Shown in pieces: positions 51,936 to 60,431 of a DNA stretch of 64,000 nt. The notes below the pieces were generated by a model, which worked only from the letters and a program-made list of their open reading frames with translations, made no database searches and was not told where the DNA came from. Numbering within the stretch: the first letter of the stretch is position 1; each line of letters begins with the position of its first letter. Source of the stretch: an uncultured delta proteobacterium (GTDB lineage: Bacteria > Desulfobacterota > Syntrophia > Syntrophales > UBA5619); NCBI GenBank assembly GCA_963817385.1, contig CAWFOM010000006.1:96001-160000 (forward strand), read 5' to 3'. Both the position numbers and the translations under genes were made by a program.

Positions 51936-52922
51936 ATGAAAAAAAGAACCCGTATCGTGTCTATCTCGTTAATGGTGAGTTTGACCCTGGCAACAGTATC
52001 CTTGGCTGCCGATTATCCAACCAAAACCATCACCCTGATCAATCCGAACGCTCCCGGAGGAGGTCATGATGCTGTTGCACGCGCTTTCGCTTCAGTCGCA
52101 GAAAAAATGTTGGGGCAGCCGGTTATCGTTGTGAATAAAGCGGGTGCTTCCACCATGCTGGGCATGTCGGCCGTTGCCCAGTCGGCTCCGGACGGCTACA
52201 CCCTCGGGGTGGACTCGACCACAACGACCAGCGCTCTGGAATGGGAGATCGCAAACGGCAGGAAACCCCCGTTGACCCGGGGAGATCTGCTTCCCATCGG
52301 TGGGATGACCGTCAACGTGCCCGTAGTCATCGTTCCGTTTAACAGCCCATGGAAAACGATGGCCGACATGGTGAAGGATCTGAAGGCCAAGCCGAACTTC
52401 TATGCCTTCTGCTCAGGAGGTCTGTATGGGGGAACTCATCTCCCTGCCGAAGTTTTGTTGCAGGCAACCGGGACGAAGGCTCGTCATGTCCCCCACAAGG
52501 GCGGTGGTCCCTGTCTTGCGGCAGTGGTGGGTGAACATGTCCATTTCTCGACGCAGTGGCCGGCCACGTCAATCCCCCTGGCGGAGGGGAAGAAAGTAAG
52601 AATCCTCGCCGTTCAAGGCGACAAGCGCATAAAATCCATCCCGGATATTCCGACACTGAAGGAGCTGGGGATTGACGCAGAGTGGGTCCAGTGGTTGGGC
52701 ATCTCCGCGACGAAGAAAACCCCCGCCCCGATCGCGGCAAAGATCAAGGACGTGGTCAAGAAGGTAGCAGAGGATGATGCTTTCGACAAATTATTGGAGA
52801 GCCAGGGAGCGGAGGCCCGTTATTTGACCAGCGAGAGTGTGGAGGATTTCATTAAAGCGGAAACCAAGGTGCTGGCTATCATCTATAAACAGCTCCTCGA
52901 GGAAGAGAAGAACAAAAAATGA
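51936..52922 (+). CDS. tctC: TctC/Bug substrate-binding protein #5 (paralog of #4)
   Basis: PDGYTLGVDSTT...WEIANGR.PP shared with #4. Confidence 0.92.
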   Translation: MKKRTRIVSISLMVSLTLATVSLAADYPTKTITLINPNAPGGGHDAVARAFASVAEKMLGQPVIVVNKAGASTMLGMSAVAQSAPDGYTLGVDSTTTTSALEWEIANGRKPPLTRGDLLPIGGMTVNVPVVIVPFNSPWKTMADMVKDLKAKPNFYAFCSGGLYGGTHLPAEVLLQATGTKARHVPHKGGGPCLAAVVGEHVHFSTQWPATSIPLAEGKKVRILAVQGDKRIKSIPDIPTLKELGIDAEWVQWLGISATKKTPAPIAAKIKDVVKKVAEDDAFDKLLESQGAEARYLTSESVEDFIKAETKVLAIIYKQLLEEEKNKK

Positions 52923-53067
52923 GGGAACGATGAGTTGAACAATTGCTTACGCCCCATCCCTGCCCATAGTTCCTTCCCGCCGGCAAACGCCGCGGTAAAG
53001 ATCTTGGAAGCAGGGGGATGGCTATATCCTCCCCGCCGTGGGGGCAATATCGGTTTATCAAATCCTC

Positions 53068-53183
53068 CCGCAGAAAACCCCGTCCTGTGGACGGGGATGA
53101 ATGCGGTGCAGGGGTAACGGGGGATGCAATCCCCCTCATCCAGTTTTTTAAGATGCCCCGCCCTGTGGGCGGAGTAATTCACT
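53068..53183 (+). mobile_element. Short non-autonomous element resembling IS200/IS605-family ends (PATE-like)
   Basis: Hairpins CCCCGTCC-TGT-GGACGGGG (53078-53096) and CCCCGCCC-TGT-GGGCGGAG (53156-53174) followed by TAATTCAC; central GGGGGAT-GCA-ATCCCCC. Confidence 0.5.
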
Positions 53184-53235
53184 GCGTTGGGCCAGCTTTG
53201 GGGTCACGTTCCGATTCAGAATTTGAAGTTTTTGC

Positions 53236-53466
53236 CTATCCTCCCAATACGGCCTTGAGTAGTTCCGGAGTAACAGCAACCCCCCCGATGCCAAAACTCC
53301 CGAAGTCTACCTCCTCGATAATACACCATGTATGCGGCTGAAGTTTCTCTTTCGGAACCGGACGAGCCTCAATTTCTGCGACAACCTCCGTGACCCTTGC
53401 AATCATCTCCTTCTTCTTCTCATCTGACAGGGTGCCTTTAAGGACTTTAATGTTGATGAATGGCAT
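53236..53466 (-). CDS. 4-oxalocrotonate tautomerase family protein
   Basis: M-P-F-I-N-I start (catalytic Pro-1), K.EMIARVT, IIEEV...FGIGG; AAGGAGG RBS. Confidence 0.88.
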   Translation of the reverse strand: MPFINIKVLKGTLSDEKKKEMIARVTEVVAEIEARPVPKEKLQPHTWCIIEEVDFGSFGIGGVAVTPELLKAVLGG

Positions 53467-53533
53467 GGCTATTCCTCCTTGGAATTTGTTAGAGACCGGG
53501 ACAATAATTACCGGCCAAAGCAGTGGTTCTCCG

Positions 53534-53590
53534 TCTGTAGAGGGGCAGTGTTTCGAACTGACGTCATTGACAGCACCGCCCCTCTCCAGA
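53534..53590. repeat. REP-like imperfect inverted repeat
   Basis: TCTGTAGAGGGGCAGTGTT ... AGCACCGCCCCTCTCCAGA. Confidence 0.45.
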
Positions 53591-53670
53591 ATCGTTGGCA
53601 CCTTCCTTCTCTTGAGCTCTATCTTATTCCATATCGCTCGTCATTATGATCATCCGGAGGATTGGCCATA

Positions 53671-53970
53671 TTATGCCAATCCGATCATCTTAAGCGCCTC
53701 CGTCGCCTCTTGCCATGTACCGATGGTATATGTATAGCCCGGCACGCCGATGTAGTTTGCATAGTAATTACTGATATATTCATTGGCTTCTGCCATTTTT
53801 GATGGGTCAGACTCGAATATCGATATTGCCTTAATGCCCACCCCTAATTCACTATTGAAATATGGACCTTTCTTGGTAATGTATGGAGGCAGCGGCGGCA
53901 AATCTTTAAAACGCTTGCCCATCTCTTTTGAGCTTTCCGTGGGGAAAGATACCATCCCTATGGCAACCAT
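53671..53970 (-). CDS. Hypothetical protein (99 aa)
   Basis: Strong AAGGAGG RBS and protein-like composition; no family recognised. Confidence 0.7.
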   Translation of the reverse strand: MVAIGMVSFPTESSKEMGKRFKDLPPLPPYITKKGPYFNSELGVGIKAISIFESDPSKMAEANEYISNYYANYIGVPGYTYTIGTWQEATEALKMIGLA

Positions 53971-54274
53971 TTTTTTACCTCCTTCTTTTTAAAGGCAGGT
54001 GAATGCCCGAATTAGTTTCATATGAAAATAGATATCCTGAGTATCGTAAAGGCTAGCCCCCACAAAGGTATGGTAACCTCCATGGAAGCCGAAATATCGG
54101 CACTTTCCGGTAACTCCTTCTCATGGTGACCTCCTATGAGGTTAGGGGTAAAATATTTGGTAACGATAACCGGACAAGAAAGAAATTGAGATTTGGCTAT
54201 CTTCAATTCATTGAAGATGCGCGTTAGGCCATATGGAGATCAGCGGGAACTCAACCGTGGATTCATGGGGAGAT

Positions 54275-54316
54275 AAATAAAAAACCTCCAAGAGAGTTAT
54301 AGGACTCCCTGAGAGG
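54275..54316 (-). terminator. Intrinsic terminator within a candidate attenuator leader
   Basis: Minus strand CCUCUCAGGGAGU-loop-ACUCUCUUGGAGG followed by UUUUUUAUUU. Confidence 0.55.
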
Positions 54317-54610
54317 CTTCACATGATCATTTTTTGGTAACCCCACCTTCTCATTTTACTCTCCGGAAGGCCAAAGGTTAGGTTGATGGGTTACAGGGGG
54401 ATAACATCGGGTTGCGTTCACTTACAATATAGCAAATATCAAAAACCATAATATGTCAATATACATTTATATAATATGGGTAATGCATCTATTTCACTTT
54501 ATAAATAAATTTGTTAGTATTAAAGATATTTTTCCATATCCTGCACAAGAAGCGCTTTTCACTGATATGCTAACTCCATTGTTCATAATTTGATTTTCAA
54601 TAGAGGAACC

Positions 54611-55435
54611 ATGATACATTCAAGAAACACAAGCCCATACTTACTGATCGTTTCCCTGGTAATTGTCTGTCTCTTACTGATAATCATGACGTCATCCACA
54701 CATGCCGGTCAGGTTTATACATGGATAGATGAAAAAGGGATTACACACATCAGCGATATACCACCGGATAACGCTGCCAATAAGATAAAAAAACGCTCAT
54801 ACAAAGCGAAACAACTTCAAAATCAGCAACGATCATCATATACAGGTCATTTTCATAAACGAACCGATGAAAAAGGGAATGCATACATCACTGATCGGCC
54901 ACCGGATAACCCCGTCAATGCGATAAAAAAACGCTCATACAAAACGGAACAACATCAGAATCAGCAAGGATCATCCCCCACGGCAGGTCTTAATCGTGAA
55001 AACCCGATCCCGTTGGGTGTCAGCGCACTAATGAGCGATGGCTTTGAGATGACCGTGGTTTCTTTCGATGGAGATGCATGGCCGAAGGTTCGTGCAGAAA
55101 ATCAGTTCAACAAGCCGCCGGCTTCTGACAAACGCATGCTTATGATACGTATACGTATTAAAAATGCTAATGCATCAAAGGAACCTGCAGTGTGGCTATC
55201 GAATAAAATTGCCTTGGTAGGTTCAAATAATGGAACATGGGAGACTTTTTATTCTGAATCCAGTTGCGGGGTTATTCCGGACAAATTTTACCTGGCAGAA
55301 CTTTATAGGGGTGGAAAAAAAGAAGGTAATATATGTTTTCGGATACCAAAGGATGAAACAAATCTGCTTTTACGATATGAGGAAAATTTGTCACTTAGCA
55401 AGACAGAATATAAATACTACGTTGCAGGAAGATAA
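54611..55435 (+). CDS. Exported protein with two DUF4124-like repeats and a C-terminal DUF4352-like Ig-fold domain
   Basis: Signal peptide; VYTWIDEKGITHISDIPP and FHKRTDEKGNAYITDRPP; C-terminal ELYRGGKKEGNICFRIPKD; strongly AT-rich. Confidence 0.7.
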   Translation: MIHSRNTSPYLLIVSLVIVCLLLIIMTSSTHAGQVYTWIDEKGITHISDIPPDNAANKIKKRSYKAKQLQNQQRSSYTGHFHKRTDEKGNAYITDRPPDNPVNAIKKRSYKTEQHQNQQGSSPTAGLNRENPIPLGVSALMSDGFEMTVVSFDGDAWPKVRAENQFNKPPASDKRMLMIRIRIKNANASKEPAVWLSNKIALVGSNNGTWETFYSESSCGVIPDKFYLAELYRGGKKEGNICFRIPKDETNLLLRYEENLSLSKTEYKYYVAGR

Positions 55436-55614
55436 GGATTTTATATCCTGAACTAACTGATAATGAGACGTTCATAGGGGGAAAATATATTTCCTTACGG
55501 GGCTTCCTTTTTCTCGCTCTTCTTGATTGCCCTCCAACCGGCATATGCCGTCTCCCTTGCCGAAGATACACCGGTCAAGGTCATAAAAGGGGTAGCAAAT
55601 AGGTTAGTAACGAT

Positions 55615-55654
55615 AAATAGAGGGGTTAACCGTAACTGGCTAACCCCTCTATTT
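55615..55654 (-). terminator. Hairpin downstream of the tRNA-Thr fragment
   Basis: AAATAGAGGGGTTA ... TAACCCCTCTATTT, 14 bp perfect inverted repeat. Confidence 0.6.
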
Positions 55655-55657
55655 TAC

Positions 55658-55702
55658 TGGAGCCGATGAGCAGGATCGAACTGCTGACCTGCTGATTACG
55701 AA
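55658..55702 (-). pseudogene. 3' half of tRNA-Thr(CGT), probable att site scar
   Basis: Minus strand TT-CGT-AA TCAG CAGGTC AGCAG TTCGATC CTGCT CATCGGC T CCA (anticodon loop, T-arm, acceptor 3' strand, CCA); no D-arm or 5' acceptor strand upstream. Confidence 0.8.
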
Positions 55703-55990
55703 CAGGCTTTACACGGCATAGTCGATTCTATTGTGAGACCCTTAATACGAGATAAATATCACACGGGGAATGTGAGGCAGATCACGTAGTATGCCTTAGT
55801 TACTGTTGACAATTCAATGACCTATCTTCATCCTATAGGCAAACGAAATCATATAAGCTTGGCCACATCGGGCGAAGGCTGATGGCTGTTTCTCCCGAAA
55901 TCAGCATTTGCCTTGTCGACTGTGGGAACGGGCACGATCAGTCGACAGTAAAACGACCAAAAGGAAAGAATAGAAGTTTTTCCACTCCTG

Positions 55991-56025
55991 AATAAGGGGG
56001 AAGTTCTCAGAACTTCCCCCTTATT
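55991..56025. terminator. Perfect inverted repeat (terminator-like)
   Basis: AATAAGGGGGAAGTTCT-C-AGAACTTCCCCCTTATT followed by a T-run. Confidence 0.55.
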
Positions 56026-56128
56026 TTTATATCAATTATGCCGGGTAAGGTCGTGTTCCTTTCTCATTTCAATATTGTACAGGACCGATGAAAAAATCAT
56101 CATCGATGATCACGAACAATGGCTAAAA

Positions 56129-56192
56129 AGGGTAGCAATAGGGTAGCAATAAGAAAAAGGGGCTACAGAAATTAATCTGTAACCCCTTGATT
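56129..56192 (-). other. att-like module downstream of tRNA-Phe: tandem 11-mer, hairpin and IHF consensus
   Basis: AGGGTAGCAAT x2 (56129-56150); hairpin 56157-56188; minus strand AATCAAGGGGTTA matches WATCAANNNNTTR. Confidence 0.55.
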
Positions 56193-56196
56193 TCTA

Positions 56197-56272
<76 letters not shown>

Positions 56273-56359
56273 GCACTCCGGCGAAGTTTCTGCCGAAATG
56301 GAACGTTTTTCTATAAAATATACCCCCGTTTGTCAAGGCATATTTAAGACGAATATCGT

Positions 56360-57056
56360 TCATTCAACCGCGGCCGGGAAGATCCTCCGGCGCGCTGCTT
56401 GCGGGTCCGGGGCATCCTGACCCGCCGGGGATGAGGCGGCGGATGTTCCCTCGGGGCTGTCGGTGTTCGGTGCGGGAACAACCGGCGGGGGAAGCAGGCC
56501 GGCACTCCCGATATCCATTGAATCTTTCGCGGTTGATGGGGAATCCGGGGACGGATACACCGTTGCATCAGGTGAGGATCGCTCGTCCGGTTCATTTTCC
56601 GCACGGACGACGAGGGTGGCGGCGATCTTGTCGTGCCATCCCTGTTTCCTCCCGTCGATGGCGATCCAGAGATAGCCGAGCCAGAGGAAGAGTCCGGAGA
56701 TCAGGGAGCCCACCCAGCGGAGGAAGGCGACGCCGAAGGTCATTTTTTCGCCCGAGGCCTGGATGACGCGGAGCCCCAGGAGCCATCTTCCCCGGCGTCT
56801 GGCCCACGCTGCCGTGGAACCAGGTGAAGTAGATCATGTCGGTGATGAACATCGTGACGGTGTAAACGACGACGAAGAGACCCATCCCGCGCGGGAGATT
56901 GCCGGTCGCCATGATGCGGCTGAGCGACATGCCGCCGAACCCCAGGGCGAGGATACCGACCATCAGCAGGAACAGCGAGACGAGATAGAGGATGATTTTG
57001 TCGATGAGACACGCGAGATACCGCCGCCAGAAACCGCCGTACCGCCTGTCCGTCAT
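56360..57056 (-). CDS. RDD-family membrane protein (frameshift at ~56780)
   Basis: YGGFWRRYLACLID...GQTPGKM then AFLRWVG...KQGWHDKIAATLVV in the next frame. Confidence 0.85.
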
Positions 57057-57823
57057 AACGATCTCCCGGTATCGGTGCCGCCGAGAGCGCCGCGTTCATA
57101 CTGGAGGATGGCAAGCACCGCCAGCGCCGCCGTCTCCACGCGAAGCACCCGCTTTCCCAGGCTGACGGAGAGGAAACCCGCTCCGCGCGCCCGGTCGATT
57201 TCGTCTTTGCCGAAGCCCCCCTCCGGCCCGATGACCAGGTGGATGTTTTTCATCCCGTCGTACTTCGGATCCCGGAGGACCTCGCGGATCCCCAGGCCCG
57301 ACTCCTCCTCCCAGGGGATCAGTTTCATCTCTGCGTTTTGGGCGGAGTCGAGCATTTCGGCGAACGACGCGATCCCCCCGATCTCGGGGATGTCGGTCCT
57401 GCCGGACTGGCGGGCGGCCTCGATGGCGATCTTCTGCCAGCGCTCCCGCTTCTGCGGCCACTTTGCCGCCGGCCAGCGGGGGATCGAGCGCTCCGCCAGG
57501 AAAGGGATGATCCGCCCGACGCCGAGTTCCGTGGCATGCCGGATGATCCCGTCCATCTTTTCCGCCTTGGGAATGGCCTGACAGAGGGTTATCTCGATCC
57601 CGCCGGCGGGCATGGCGCGCCTGCCCGTGATCTCGACGGCCATCCCTTCCGCCGCCTGGCGGATGACCGCCTCATACTCCCACGGAGTCCCGTTGAAGAC
57701 GAGGAGAGGTTCGCCCTCCCGCATCCGGAGGACGGTCCCGAGGTAGCGCGCCTGTTCCGCCGTCACGGCGCAGGTGTCGCCCGTCTCGAGGGGTTGCGGG
57801 AGGTAGATCCGGGGGATGGTCAT
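57053..57823 (-). CDS. rsmE: 16S rRNA (uracil(1498)-N3)-methyltransferase
   Basis: MTIPRIY, VLRMREGE, ATELGV, EAARQSGR, IGPEGGF, LGKRVLRVETA; ATG overlaps the prmA stop. Confidence 0.93.
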   Translation of the reverse strand: MTIPRIYLPQPLETGDTCAVTAEQARYLGTVLRMREGEPLLVFNGTPWEYEAVIRQAAEGMAVEITGRRAMPAGGIEITLCQAIPKAEKMDGIIRHATELGVGRIIPFLAERSIPRWPAAKWPQKRERWQKIAIEAARQSGRTDIPEIGGIASFAEMLDSAQNAEMKLIPWEEESGLGIREVLRDPKYDGMKNIHLVIGPEGGFGKDEIDRARGAGFLSVSLGKRVLRVETAALAVLAILQYERGALGGTDTGRSL

Positions 57824-58793
57824 GGTCGTCGGCCCTCGTTCTTCAGGACATAACAGACCCATTCCTTTTCGGTGATGAGGCGGTGGAGGGAAAAGGCGTT
57901 GCCGAGGAAATGGGCCTCGATGTCCGGTCTGTTCTGTTCGATGATCCCCGAGATGACGAGGTAGCCGCCGGGGCTGATGAGGCGGACGAGCGATGGGGCG
58001 GAGCTCGATCAGGATCTTCGCCGTCAGGTTCGCCACGATCAGCTCAAAGTGTTCTTCGAGTGCGGCGATGTCACGGTCGGCGATCGAGACGCGGTCCTCG
58101 ACCTGGTTGACCAGGACATTTTCCCGGGCGATCTCCGTCGCCTTCGGGTCATTGTCCACGCAGAGGACCCGCTCGGCGTCGAGCTTCGCGCAGGCGATGC
58201 CGAGGATGCCCGTTCCCGTCCCGACGTCCAGGACGTTCCATTTCTCGAAGGTCCGGTCCTTCAGGAGGATCTCTTCGATGGCCTCGAGGCACATCCGCGT
58301 GGAGGCATGCTGGCCGGTGCCGAAGGCCATGCCGGGGTCGATTTCGATGACGATGTCCCGGGCCGTCGGGGCGAACCGCTCCCAGGTGGGTTTGATGACG
58401 ATGTTCCGGCTCACCCGGAAGGGCTTGAAATACTTCTTCCACGCCTCGCCCCAGTCGGGGTCGTGGATCGCCTCCGTCTGGAAGGTCGGTTTCTCCATCT
58501 CCGGGAAGATCTCCGCCAGGCTGTCGACGTAGGTCCGAAGAGCCGCGAGCCTCTGTTCCAGACGGACGTCGAAGGGGAGAAAGGCCTTCAGTGTCTCCCG
58601 GGCGGAGGGCTCGGGGAAGCCGGTCGGTCGATTGCGGCTCCGGGAATTCCTGAAAGGCCCCCTGGGCGCCGATCTCCGTCAGGAAATTGGTCAGGGCGTC
58701 GATCATCTCAACCGGGGCGAGAAGCTCGATCTTCAGCCAGTCCTCCTTCCTCTCTCCCGCTTTGCCAAGCGTCTCCGGCATGATCCGCGTCAC
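57820..58793 (-). CDS. prmA: Ribosomal protein L11 methyltransferase (frameshifts at ~58615 and ~57990)
   Basis: DWGEAWKKYF, IDPGMAFGTGQHAST, LDVGTGTGIL, IVANL; C-terminal GGYLVISGII...EKEWVC in another frame. Confidence 0.9.
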
Positions 58794-58961
58794 CTTTCTT
58801 CCCGTTGTTTTGTGGTACGGTTATATCCCGGGAGAGATATTTTTTCAAGCGGCTTGAATTTTCGGGGGCTTCATGGTAGCCTCGGGGCGCGTTCCGGGGG
58901 GCGTTCACTATGGATTCGGCGCCCCGGTGCACAAGGGAGCGGAAATCGGAAAGGAACGGCG

Positions 58962-59612
58962 GTGCGGTACTATCCCCTTTTCCTCGACATTGCCCGGCGG
59001 CGCTGCGTCGTCGTCGGCGGCGGGAACGTTGCCGAACGGAAGGTCGGCAGGCTCCTCGCCTGCGGCGCCTCCGTGGAGGTGGTCGGAAAGCATCTGACGC
59101 CGGCGCTTGCGGCGCTCAAGAGGGAAGGGGCGATCGTCCACCACGCGGCCGACTATCATGAGGATCAGCTCCGCGGCGCTTTTCTCGTTATCGGCGCGAC
59201 GGACAGCGATGCCGTCAATGAGCGGATTGCCCGCGACGCCCGGGCGCGGGGAATTCCGGTGAACATCGTGGACGATCCCGCCCGGTGCGACTTCATCCTC
59301 CCGTCCGTGGTCGAGCGGGGGGATCTTGCGATCGCCGTCTCCACCGGCGGCAGGAGCCCCGCGCTGGCCAAGAAACTCAGGACCGAGCTGGAGAGCGCCT
59401 ACGGTCCCGAGTACGCCGTGCTGGTTGCAATCCTGGGGGAGCTCCGGGAGAAGGTGATCGCCGGGGGACGCCCCTCCGCCGAGAATCGGGCGGTCTTCGA
59501 GGCTGTTGTTTCTTCGGATATCCTGGATCACATCCGCGCCGGGCGATGGAAACGGGTGGAGGAGCTGATCCGGGAGCTGACGGGCGTAGAAATGGAGGTA
59601 AGACCGCGATGA
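58962..59612 (+). CDS. sirC: Precorrin-2 dehydrogenase / sirohydrochlorin ferrochelatase (SirC/Met8/CysG N-terminal type)
   Basis: YYPLFLD, VVGGGNVAERK, VNIVDDPARCDF, AVSTGGRSPALA; GTG start after AAGGA. Confidence 0.9.
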   Translation: MRYYPLFLDIARRRCVVVGGGNVAERKVGRLLACGASVEVVGKHLTPALAALKREGAIVHHAADYHEDQLRGAFLVIGATDSDAVNERIARDARARGIPVNIVDDPARCDFILPSVVERGDLAIAVSTGGRSPALAKKLRTELESAYGPEYAVLVAILGELREKVIAGGRPSAENRAVFEAVVSSDILDHIRAGRWKRVEELIRELTGVEMEVRPR

Positions 59613-60427
59613 TGGGAATCGTTCTGTTCAAGACGGCCCTGGCCGTCTATCTGGCCTGCGCGGTGGTCTACGGGGCCTCGCTCTGGGTGAGGAGGGTCCT
59701 GACGGCGCGGTTTGCCACGTGGCTGATGCTCGCGGCGCTCATCATCCACACCCTCTCGTTTGCCTCCCGCTGGATCACCGCCGGCGTGAGCCCGGTCATC
59801 GGCATCCATGACGCCCTCTCCTTTTTCGCCTGGGTCATGGCGGCGGCGTATCTCGCCCTGCAGTTGAAGACCAAAACCCGGGTCCTTGGCGCGTTCATCT
59901 CGCCCGTCATCTGCCTGATCATGGTCGTCGCCTCCGTGGAACTGGGAGGGGCGGTCGGCGCACCGGCCGTCCTGCAGGGCTCGTTGGTTACGCTCCATGT
60001 CATGCTCTCGGTAACGGGCGAGGCCCTGTTCGCCGTGGCCTCCTGCGCCGGTCTCATGTATCTGATTCAGGATAACATGATCAAGCAAAAGAAGGCGGGG
60101 AGCCTGATCCGCCTCTTCCCGTCCTTGCGCGATCTGGACAGGATCAACCACCTCTGTCTCGTCTGGGGGTTTCCTCTCTTGACGCTCGGAATCCTGGCCG
60201 GTTCACTCTGGGCGCGGATCGTGTGGGGGAGCCATTGGCAGTGGGATTCCAAGCAGATCTGGACGCTTCTGGCCTGGGTTTTCTACGGCTTCCTCCTCCA
60301 TCAGCGGCTGGTCATCGGGTGGCAGGGCCGCAAGGCGGCCCTCTGGTCGCTGATGGTGTTTGCGTTCCTTGCCATCCTGCTGATCTTCGGGAAGCTGTTC
60401 TTCTCGTCGGTCCATCAATTCGTGTGA
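59609..60427 (+). CDS. ccsA: Cytochrome c assembly protein CcsA/HemX-like membrane protein
   Basis: Multiple TM segments, H residues, LPSL..LD-like segment, GSLWA...WGSHWQWDSKQIW (WWD-like). Confidence 0.85.
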   Translation: MMGIVLFKTALAVYLACAVVYGASLWVRRVLTARFATWLMLAALIIHTLSFASRWITAGVSPVIGIHDALSFFAWVMAAAYLALQLKTKTRVLGAFISPVICLIMVVASVELGGAVGAPAVLQGSLVTLHVMLSVTGEALFAVASCAGLMYLIQDNMIKQKKAGSLIRLFPSLRDLDRINHLCLVWGFPLLTLGILAGSLWARIVWGSHWQWDSKQIWTLLAWVFYGFLLHQRLVIGWQGRKAALWSLMVFAFLAILLIFGKLFFSSVHQFV

Positions 60428-60431
60428 ATCT

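Noticed and set aside
54300..54370. Glycine riboswitch (GGAGAG...GAAGG...CTCTCAGG on the minus strand)
   Set aside because: The words are present, but spacing and the P2/P3 stems do not fit, there is no tandem aptamer and no glycine-related gene follows; kept only as a generic attenuator candidate.
57053..58498. Apparent 481-aa PrmA-RsmE fusion in the ORF track
   Set aside because: The PrmA C-terminus is in another frame and ends at a TGA overlapping the rsmE ATG (57823); the fusion results from an indel at ~57990.
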